The notes under the pieces are model-generated. The model was not told where the DNA came from, ran no database searches, and worked only from the letters and a program-made list of their open reading frames with translations. This document shows positions 12,701 to 24,700 of a stretch of DNA of 64,000 bases, one piece after another. The position numbers were made by a program, and so were the translations under genes. The stretch is from Botryllus schlosseri. Taxonomy: Eukaryota. How positions within the stretch are numbered: the stretch's first letter is position 1; every line of letters begins with the position of its first letter. Location: contig CM119378.1 in NCBI GenBank assembly GCA_051294905.1, positions 2,234,001 to 2,298,000 on the forward strand, in the 5' to 3' direction.

Positions 12701-15700
12701 CTTTTTGAAAATAAAAGAGAATTCGACTTTTGAATTTGCTGCTACGTCATACACGGAGCTGCTCGGGATAGAGTCATCGCCTGGCTGATTTCACAGCAAT
12801 ATCAGGATTCCAAAACGACCTGAGTGAGGTTCTTACGATAATACAGTCGATTGTAACGAGTGCTGATGTACCGATGGCTACAGCTGGCTACTGTGTGTTC
12901 GACGCCAAGCGTCTCGCATTCAGCGCACATACACGCGCCGCGTGTTATTGTTCGAAAATGACGTAGTATCGCGGACGTTGAAATTATTCATTTCACAACG
13001 CCGTTATATGGTAATTGCTTATCAATTCTTTGTACGAGATAGTGTTATGTGTTGAAACGAATTGGCCGTTGTAAAACAACTATAACTGAATTGGTTGAAT
13101 TGACAGGTAGTCATACCTGCAATATGAATACACATTCTTACTGATATTTTTGTTGGCATTTCAAATCAGTTTATCAAATATTATGCAAGCCATCGACGGT
13201 GGTGGTGTAGACAAACGCTTTGAGACAAGGCCTATCTATTGAACAGATAATAGGCATCCACAACCACCTCAGCTATCGCAGAAGAATAGTGGTTTCTGTA
13301 CCACACGCGCATCGCAGCAATCAGTTTGCTTCGAAGTGCAGCCATATTTTGGTAAAAGAATATAGTATATTGCATGATACAACATATGAAATAATGCATC
13401 ACGCGAGGAATACAACCGCAAATTGAAATGGTAACAAACCAAATCTAGCACCAACAAATGGAAAACCATGTCATGGGTACAATGATGGCTTCGTATGAAA
13501 CAATGTAGATGACGTAGTGGCCTATATAGCATTGGCGACTCAACTTATTATAAAGATATACCTTGTTATGCGTAATCTGCAACATGAAATCTGCGCCAAG
13601 CACAACAGCAAATAAATTGCGGCGTGTTTTTGTTTTGGTAATAACATAGGATCCCTGACGTTGAAATGATTCATTTCACAATGTCGGTATGTGTACTCGC
13701 TTTTGTCCATTCTTTGTACGAGATAGTGTTATGTGTTGAAACGAACTTTGCCGTTGTAAAACAACTAGGACTGAATTGGTTGAATTGACAGAGTCATACC
13801 TGCAATGTGAATACAGTGCTTCACTGATATTTTATGGGCGTTTCAAATCAGTTTATCACATATTATCGAGCGGTGCGTTTCGTGCGCTACCACGGGAAAG
13901 ATGCGCAACATTTTCACCAGAAATGTCGTAAATTTGCTGTCATATCAAGAGCGGAGATCATGTAACTCACTGAAGATGGTAGTGTTGATGTATTGGTATG
14001 AAAAGTACGAATAATCCATATGCGTAATCTGCAACAGCAAGTCCGCGCTAATCACAACATGGAATATATTGCTAAAACCCAGGCATGTTATTTCGTAACA
14101 TATGTTTACTTCCAATTCGAATAATCTGTCCTGCGACCAATGTTAGATATAAGCATTACAATAGATGGGCGATGACATAGTCAACAGCTGTTTGGAGAAA
14201 AGAGCTGCATATGAATATGACGTCTGTAACGGAGATGCGCTGGTCACGGGCGCTGGTTTATCTCGCGCGCGCACATGCACTCGAGCGCCGCCGCAAGTTG
14301 TATTTTGCGCAAAACGTTTTTGTGTATTCAATCGGTATTTTGATGAGGTTATTTCATAGTCTAATAGGTTATTTATGGCTCGACGTATGCGTATTGATAC
14401 TAGCTATCCATCTGAAATAGATGTAACTTTCTGCGACCAGTATCACGCAAGATATTCGGGATTAAGTGAAGCGTGTTCGTGAAAATACAATCCGGGCTCA
14501 TGCATGAGCCAACCGCGTAGCGAGGGTTAATATCTGCATTTGCAAAATTCGAAATTGGTCAATTTATGAAAGAAAGGTGTCGTTATTTGCATTTGCACAA
14601 AATTTTGAAAAATGTTAGTTGCAGGTAAACTTGGACGGCCAGATAATTCTAGTCGACTGATTAAACTGATTAGTGTGAAATGCCGGTAATAATTTGTGAC
14701 GTGTTACCATACTCTAATTTTATTTATAATCCAATTTACGGTTTTCCTGAAAATGTTATAGGAGCACTGTGGCTTGGTGTGTAGAAATTCTCCATTCTCA
14801 TGTTAATCAGAATTAAGTCTGGTTTGGTATGAACTGAAATTGATTTTTATCGTACTTTTAGCTAATTCTGAATTTGATTCAATTTCCTTGTTTTAGCTAA
14901 TTCAGTAATTCTAATTATAATCTGAACAGCTTCTTTGAGGTACAGAACTTCAATATACAATTGAATAGTATATTCATATTGAAATGAACCCGAATATTTT
15001 TGGCTGACACTCGTCAGGGGTAATCGTCAGCAACTAGTAGAGAATCTGAAAGAACAGCGTATATCAACAATCGTAACACAAAATATGACGTCACCAGCAC
15101 GAAATGTCAAATACGAGAGCGTTCAATGTACTATTTTAGATGCCAAGCCAAGGCTGTGTCAACAAAAAGAGTTCGTGTATCATCTAGATATAGTACATTG
15201 AACGCTCTCATAATCGACATTTCTTGCTGGTGACGTCACATTTTGTGTTACGAATGTTCATATACGCTGTTCTTTCAGATTCTCTACTAGTTGCTGACGA
15301 TTACCCCTGACGAGTGTCAGCCGAAAATATTGGGGTTCATTTCAATATGAATATACTATTTAATTCTAATCTAATATTTTGGAAATAAACGGGGTTGCTA
15401 GAATTCAAATTCTGATCGAATTTGGAAAAGCCAGCCGTCTAGCGCTAGAATGTTTCCGTTGAATACATTTTTAAACAAATTATCATGATAATTTTCACCT
15501 GTGTTGCCGGCTCTTCGTAATTTAACCATGATGAGTTTAGATTCATCATAATTGATTGCGACGGTAAAAACGCCACGATCGGGTTGCCTCGACTCAAGAT
15601 ATGCGGCATGAGAGACGCGAATGTGTCCATCAGAGTAAACCAGTTGAACCTCGGTTTACCACTGATAAAAGAGTAAATAGACCCTGAAAGTGAAACAATT

Positions 15701-18700
15701 TTATTGAGTATGCAAAATATATAGTTCGGTATCACTATAAGTTTGAAGAGCCTCTTGGAGGCGCAGAACTTCATAACACAATGGAATAGTATACTCACAT
15801 TGAAATGAACCCGAATATTTTGGCTGACACTCGTCAGGGGTAACCATCAGCAACGAGTGGAGAATTGTAGAGCACATTGTACATCAACAATTGTAACACA
15901 AAATATGAAATTTCGAAGAGAGCGTTCAATGTACTATTTTAAGATGGTATACCAACGCCTTTTGTTGACACGGCCTTGGCTGGTGTATTTTGATAAAAGC
16001 TGGTGTGTTTTGTTAAATCATCTGATAAAAAGCCTTGGAAGTAATTGATTATACCTGTGCAGTTGATCCCGTTTCCATAGTAATCGCTCTTGCATTCACA
16101 AGTTCTGTCTCCTGGATTGTCACCCGACGTGCAAATGGCGTTTTCGCTGCATCCGCCGTGGTCTACAGAATATAAGCCAAGAAAAATGAGAACATGCTTC
16201 TCACAGTACATATAATTGGAATTGGGATATTGTTGGGAAAATTGATAGCCTTGATTCGAAAAGTAGCCTGCGGGACGATTTCATTGTGCGCACAATGTAA
16301 TGCCGAGTAAATGAAAAATTGTTAGTGTTATCCAATAAATTTCCATCAAAATTTAGGATTTGAAGAGGCCCTTGGAGGTACAAAACTTCAACATACAATT
16401 GAAGAACATATTCATCATGGAATAAAGCCGGACATTTTCGGCTGACACTCGTCAGGGGTTCGTCAGCAACAAAGAACATTGTATATCAACAATTGTATCA
16501 CAAAATATGACATTACTGACAATCTGTCATGAAATTACGAAAAATCGAGGCGTAGAGATCGCTTATGCTCAAAGTAAATTAATACTAAACACTAAAATTA
16601 GTACATTTGGCTCGAGCGATCTCTTTGCCTTATTCAAAATTTCATGCTGGTGACGCACATTTGGTGATACGATCGTTGATAAACAATATTTTTCCCAATT
16701 CTCTGCTACTTGATGACGATTATACCTGACGAGTGTCAGTCAAAAATAATATGGTTTATTTCAATATGAGTACACTGTAAACAATACTATTGTAATAGGA
16801 TTGAATAGTATATTCACATTGAAATAAACCCGAATATTTTCGGCTGACACTCTTCAGGGGTAATCGTCAGCAACTAGTAAAGAATTGGAAAGAACATTGT
16901 ATATCAACAATCGTATCACAAAATATGACGTCACCAGCATGAAATTTCGAATGAGAGAGCATTCTATGTACTATTTTTAGGTGGTACACAAACTCCTTTT
17001 GTTGACAGAGTTTTGGTTGGTGTATTTTGATAAAAGTCGACTCCAAGGCACACAAATGGAATAATGTGTAACAGGACAAGTTTTTGCAACTTTTGCTACT
17101 TTTTTTACAACTTCCGTCAGCTTCCTAAATACTCGCACGTTATTTAGTATGTTGTTTTAAGCTGTTTGGAGAAATCTTATATTGCAACTTTTTGCAATTT
17201 TTTCGATTTTTCATGGAAGTTTTTGCAATTTGCAAAGTAGATCGCTTGATTATTTCACTGTCCTTTAAAATTGAGGTCCTTTCTGATTTGACGTAAATTC
17301 GGGCTAGACCGCCGAAAATTAAATGCAACTTTTGTGGAAAAATAAGTGCAACTTTCCACGGATTTGAACGCAACAAAAACTTGCCCTAGTAATAACATAC
17401 CTTCCGCACAAACATCGACTTGCGAACATGACTTTCCATCCCCCGTAAAAAATTCTTTGCACACACACCGAGACGAGTTGGGCGCGATCATGAAGCAATC
17501 GGCATTTTCGTCGCATTTCGGACCGTACGTTTTAAAACATGGGTTGACGGGCGCACAGTAAATTCCATCTCCTTCGTATTTAGCTTTACAGGAACAGTTA
17601 TGACGTCCGGCTGATGCCCTTCTAAATGAAACGCGCTAGGGATGATTGGGTGGGTACTGGGTATAGATTGATTTTATTTAAAACATTTGTTTTCAACCTT
17701 ATTCCAACTCGAACCACCACGAGGTTCTATGATTTTGTTGAGTAATAACAAATTAACTTTACTCCAAATGTAGATAGGATTATTAACATAGGTGGATAAA
17801 CCATTAAGTCAGCCCGGAAATTTAATAACAAATTAGACCCACAAGCTAATCTGCCCCAATTACATTAATACCTCACACCAACAAGGCAAAATATATTTGA
17901 TGGTTGCAATTGTCCCTTCTCCCCAACCTGTTCTAATTGGGGTACAACTGTGGAAGACCTCCTAATATGGTCGTTGTAAAGAGATTCACAATAGTTTTAG
18001 ACAGCTTTATTTCTGCGTCCTCACGGCAGCAAGTTCAGACAAGAAGCGCATGCATTGCTGTGGGTCCACCAAGTGTCCATTTCACCTAGTCGGAGCTAGA
18101 CACTTGGCGGCCCTAGAAATACCAGTACCATCACAATAGTAATTATAACAATCATCACATACACCCCTAATGGGTGGGCTGTCACACAACAGAGTCAAAC
18201 AACTCATAAAGTTTCTATCTATGCATTCGATGAAGACATTTCTTATATTAGAAAAATTTACCGAATTGTGAACACTGTAATTTTACTCGAAGTAATGCAT
18301 GAGAACAACTGATTTAAATTATCCAAGATAAAGAATCTTTTTCAAAACGGACCCCTGAATTCTATTGGGAGGCGCTAAACGTGAGATTTAGGAATCAGAT
18401 GACTAAAAAATGCTCATCACTTCTGCCCCGCCCTTTGTCGTAGCTTGATAATCAGTTTGATTGTATTGATTAGTGTTTGTAACCTCCGTGTGGCAATTAT
18501 AACCTACGGTGTCCACTCAAAATAAGAAAATAAGTCAAAAATAAAAACAAAATTTCAATATACAATGGAGTATTATATTCATATCGATATAAAAACGAAT
18601 ATTTAAAGCTGACACTTGGTGTAATCCTTTCGGGTTTATTTCAATTTTAATATAATATTCTATTGTAGATATAGTTTTATAGTGGTAGTTTCAACATTGG

Positions 18701-21700
18701 CCTATCACGGACGCCAGGTTAAAAACCTCTACTCCAAGACAATAATGTCAGCAATAAAAAAACATCACCACGAAGAAATATAGCAATCGTACCAATAATG
18801 GTGAAAGACACCCTCTTACGTGCAAATAGCGTTTTCATGACAACCAGAGTTTATATTCGGATCCGTGCATGGATTGATGGGTTTACAGTCCACACCGTCG
18901 CCTTGGTAGCCGGCACTGCACACACATCGCGTCCCAGGACCGACATTGGCAGGGACACAGTTGGCTGCCGTGTGGCACGTGTTGTTGCACGAATTGCTCG
19001 GGTCGATCGCCTGGTCGCAGTCCACCCCGCGGTACCCTGAAAATATTTCACAAGAAATGAAAAAGCATGTGGACTGTGGAGGTACAGAACTTTAATACAT
19101 AATTGAGTAATATATTCGTACTGAAATAATCTCAAATATATCGGGCTGACACTCGTCAGGGGTAATCGTCATAACCAGCAGAGAATTGAAAAGAACGTTG
19201 TATGTCAGCAATCCGAATAATCAGGATTGTAATGACTCGAGTCATTTTTTTCAAATGCACAAAATGACGCGTCCCGAATCAATTTTTGTATCAATTTGTC
19301 AATTTGGACTCAACATTACTCGGTGGTGAATTGAAAATGACTCGACTTGACTCGAGTCAAATCTATAAAAGCAAGATTGACTTGTGACTTGTTTACAACC
19401 TTGCGAATAACCAAGGCGAACAAATGGATTAAAGGTGAATAGCGCTTTAAATAAGATGTGTTCTCAAATTAAAGATAAATGTGTGAACATTTTTTGTCAG
19501 CAATCATATTTCTCAAAAAGCCACCGTATTCAAACTGGCTAGGTAAAAGATTTACACCAGTGTAACTTTCCGCTCTAGCTTGTCTATGCGGTATCGTAAG
19601 ACACGGTTCCTTCATAATATCACCTGACAACTAGAATTAGAATTAGAAATAGAATTATTGCTACACAATTATTTTTTTCAAATTAGATTAGAATTACCGT
19701 TATAGCCACACAATTTTTTCTGGTCAGATTAGAATTAGAATTGGCGCAAATGAAATAAAAAAAACATGTTCAGTTCGTATCAATTTTGACTTCACTCTCA
19801 TATGTATGAGAACGGCAAATGTCTGTAGCATTTTTAGGGAAAAATGGTAATTAGCTGAAATTAGAGCATGGAAACATTCAACAAATTAGATTAGAACTAG
19901 AGTACCGGCATTTTAGCTTCAATTAGTTTGAATGTGGTGGCTACGAAATTTCTTCGCAATTCTACGTATAGTTCAAGACTACATCATATGTAGAGCGCAG
20001 TGCCCCTTTAAGCTTAATGAAAATAAAAGTTATGGCCGTGGAATGACAAACCTTTTTCACAAACGCAACTCCCGTCGCCGTTGCTTCCGTCGTTGCAAAC
20101 TCCGTGCACGCATTGACAGGTGTTGTCGCATTCTCGGCCGTATCTTCCACTCGCGCACGTCTCGCATGCGGTACCCGCGTATTTGGAATTGGAGCATGTG
20201 CAAGTACCTGAAATACATCAATAGATGAGCAATGCAATAACTTATTGGAAACTATTGGTACATTTAGGTTTATTGCGCAGGGCTCTTCAAAAATGACTTT
20301 TTTTCTCAAATCGTACTGGCTACTTGATAAAATTGTTAGGTGACCTAATTTAAGCCTACACCCCAAATTTGGTTCAATTCCAACCAGTAGCCGCTTTGCT
20401 ACAGGAGAATAAAGTTTCTATTTATTATATAAAAATAAATAACAAAAAAATTGAAAATTTTCTGTTCACCCCATGAAAGTGTTAGGTTGTCTATAGAAAC
20501 GATGTTCACCAAATTTGGTTCAATTCCAACCAGTGGAATCGGAGTTATTGCCATCGAAAAATTTGGACTTGAATATAATAGTATTTACGGTGACCAATTC
20601 TTTGATTATTTATTATAGTGGTACCCACCGTAAATACCATTATATTCAAATCCAAATTTTTCATACCGTACCAGTACGATTTGAGAAAAAAAGTCATATT
20701 TGAAGAGCCCTATTGCGTATATGTATGTACAGTCATATTGGAAAGCTATTATCAGTGAGTATGGGAACACTTATCTAACAATACGGAGCAGGCTAGCCTA
20801 GGTTTACGACGTTGCTTTCTTTGAGTGAATGTACCGCTTCAAATTTATACCATTTACTAGGGTTGTAACCAAGTCGAAAGGTTCCGAGTCACAGCTCAAT
20901 TTGACTTTTATAGTTTTGACTCGAGTCAAGTCGAGTCATTTTGAATTAATCACCAAGTCAATTCTGAGTCCAAGTCATAGTGTTTACAGTTCAGTATCAA
21001 GTTCAAGTCAGGTTCAACCCACTTCTGTGAAACTGTTGGGTGATATCGCAGGCCTCGGATTCATAATATACTCATTTTTATCGCTGCGAACATGTTTACT
21101 CAAACAGAAAGACAGTTTCAGGGACTAATTTTCATAGTAATATGACTTGGTACGCTATGACTCGAGTACAAATAGTGAAAGAAAATGATTCGAGGCAAAT
21201 CGGTTCGACAAAAAATTCCGACTGAAGTTGCAATCAACCCTGACATTTACTGTATAAATGCACAACGGTACAATATACGTAGATAGCTGAAAACCTATTT
21301 ATTACACCTAGATGGCAAAGGTATTGCTCGTTAGAACACCAGTATCTTGTAGTAGAATTGTACTACATCATGATAACTTGGAGCGTTGACTATGTACATG
21401 TACTGCACAATATATCGACTTTATTGTACTACTCTTGCTTCTGCGAAGCAGTTCCCAGTTTTTAAGCAAAACTAGGACCAGCTTACTTTGAGTTTACTTA
21501 CTAGGAATGTTAGTTCTAGTATAAAAATTTACGGCGGCATTTCTAATTCCATTTGAGTACCAACAATGACTAATGTGACACCTTATGAATTAACAAACAA
21601 GCTGACATCAGTATACCGCATACAATCAATATTTGACTTCACAATATGTCTTATAACCCAGTGCTTCTTAATTCACAGGAAACCCATGGGTTTGCTGAGC

Positions 21701-24700
21701 TAGTCTCGGGGGTTCGCTGAAGGTTAAGACATAATCACAGTGATTTGCAGTGAATGTTCATTATGATGTCTTTGTTTTGTGCGAAATCCACATTTTAATG
21801 GTCATGTTCTTTTAACACTGCTGTTGATGCACAGTTGATATTGTACACCAGTAATCTACAGTAATGTATTAGATGTGTGATGCGGTAAATTCGTATTTTC
21901 GTGACAAGGCGAAAATTCGTGGTTCGCCATGTCGGTAAAGGTTAACAATTCACTGTGTTAAACCAGCAACCTACCATTTCCTTTGATTCCGTCCGTACAA
22001 GCCCCCCTTCTGAAACAGATATTCCCGATCCCACCCGGGCATGGGTCGCAACCGTCGCCGTAGAAGCCCTCGCAACACGCAGATATCGCTGATTCTTTCG
22101 CGCACCTTTTTTGACAGCCCGTCCTCGTTTTCACAGCGCCGCCTGACGACGTAACTAATCCGAACAGACACGGCGTCTGAAAAAGCGTTTATAATCACCC
22201 GACTTAGGATGAGACTATGCGTGGCACGTCGTACCCAGAGGGGTTTGGAATGGATTAGCGATTATGTAGGGTTACCATTAGGGCTGGGCACAATGATTCG
22301 AGTACTCGAATCTGAATCGAGTAATAATTTTAGTGATTCGAGTCGAGTAGTAAAAGACGATATTTTCAAGTACTGAAATTATATGCTCCTCGCCAGTGAA
22401 ACTTAATTTATCAACGAGAATTATAGTTTAGATACTAATTTTCTATGCTGAAGCCTTGGCACCTTGATTGGCCGTATCATAGCATACAAAGAATATAGTA
22501 CAAAGCTACGAACGTTGCTGGTTATAGCACATTTCCGAAGTCATGACCATCTCACGACATTGTCACCAAGTGCAATGAAATCGGTATGGTCGAACTTTGC
22601 GACAATGCTGTGCGTTGATCACGACTTCACAGATGTGTCATCACCACTTACGTGACCAGCTTTGAACTGCGTCTTTTAGGTGCTGCGGCATGACCAATTG
22701 ATGTTTCAAGGCTTCCACGTTAGAAAGAATAGTATTGAAGCTATAATTCTCATTGATAACATAACTCTCGAGCAGCAACACTGAATACTTTGAACATACC
22801 TCTACAAGAAGTGTTGACTTGGCTGGGCAGGAGCTTGGAAAATGACAAGGCAGACATTGAGTGAGCACTTGAGACGATGTTGGTGTATCGCAACGCGTCT
22901 TTATTGGTTCCAAAATGGTGTCAGTCAACCGGTAGATAATACCTGCAATTATGACAAAAAGTTATGCACAAGACGCTACATTACATAAATAATGTTCATG
23001 TAAGCCAGGGGTGTCAAACATCTGGCCCGCCAGATGATTTTATCCGGCCCACAAAGCAATTCGGAGTACATTGAAAAATGTGTGTATTATCCAGCACATT
23101 TCTAACAAATGTTTTAGGGAATGCCTCCATTAAATTAGGCTTACCATACGTCCTCTTTTAAGAGGATTTGTGCTCTTTTTTGACTTTTTTGCAAGTGTCC
23201 TCGTAGGACGCCCTTTTGTGCTCTTTTTTGAAAATTTGGGTCAGATTTAAAGCAAATTGCGACTGATATGCCGCAAATTAGCACAGAAGTGACGCTCCGG
23301 CGGGTATTTCGGAGTCAAAAACGGTGATTTTAGCTCTGAGCGAAAAGATGCCCTTTTTTTTCCAGTCATCCACTTAGCAATGTGGAGAGAAAAACGGTAA
23401 TTTGAGCTCTGAGCGGAAAGATGACCTTTGCAAGTTTTGCAAGTCTGAAATTTCTGAAAAAGTGTCCTCTTTTTCGATTTCCAAAATATGGTAAGCCTAA
23501 TTAAATAGTCCCTCAAGACAGCACATGTCGAGTATGTTTATAGGCTACATTAAAACCACTGACTGACGGCTACGGTGTTGTGGTTTCTAGTCACCATTAC
23601 GAGCAGGTCGCTGACATTGACACCACTTCTGAGAAGGTAAGCAAGTGCAAATTCTTTTCACTGAGCAAAACCAGTTATTCACAGAAGCAAAAACGCCAAT
23701 GTGAATCCCTTATATGCAGGTTACATGGAAAATATAAGAAGTCCCCTGCCCCGGGAGGAACCAAATCGCGATATAATAATATGAAGAGCATTCCAACGTC
23801 CGCGTTTACAGCTAAACCTTTTGCATTCCGCACAACGCATACGCAATGCTGATGCCAATTTACCGCTAAAACATAAGGAGCATGGAATATGCCAACTTAT
23901 ATCAGCGTTAAAGCCCAAGTTTTATCGTTTTATAACTGTATTACACGTCCCAATCTTCGTATTATCGCCAATTCCACTGTTTGCAAATGAAAGTGCAGCT
24001 AGAATAGAACCTTGATGATACCTGACATAATGTAATATATGATTTTGTATATGGGCTGATTAATGAAGTATTCAAATGAAAAACAGGAGCATGGATTTTG
24101 GAGTATCTTGGGATTGAGGAATTTTGCTGCGGCCCACGAGTAATCTGAAGTGTTGAATATGGCCCGCTAAGTCAGTTGAGTTTGACACCCCTGACGTAAG
24201 CATAGCGATAAACAATGAAAATATTTCATAACGTTTCACTGTGAGACATACATCTGACAGACAAAAAGGTTGAGAACCGTTGCTCTAGAGCAGTGGTTCT
24301 TAACCTTGCCTCCAGCGCCCCCCAAGGGGCGCTGGCTATTTTGAAGGGGGCGGAAACGCTCAGGGGGCGATATGGGGGGCGCTGGGTTCAGGGGGGCGGT
24401 ATGGGGGCGCTGGAGAAAAATGGCTTCACAGTAGATGATGTGTTGGTAGGACATATCCTTAATGAGTATTCAGAGTAAATTAACACCGAAAACTTCGTTA
24501 TATATAGCCTACAAAAGATATATAGGTTTAATTGTCCATGGGCGCCTAAATGACTGGCACCGAATGTTCCTGTCTTGGGAATCTGAACCCCAGAAGACGA
24601 ATTCCATCTGGCAGGGAAAAATATATGCCAGTGAAGAAATAGGCTACCAATTTGAAATCGTGTGCTTCTTTTAGTTTAGTACGATTGTGCGACAGGGATA

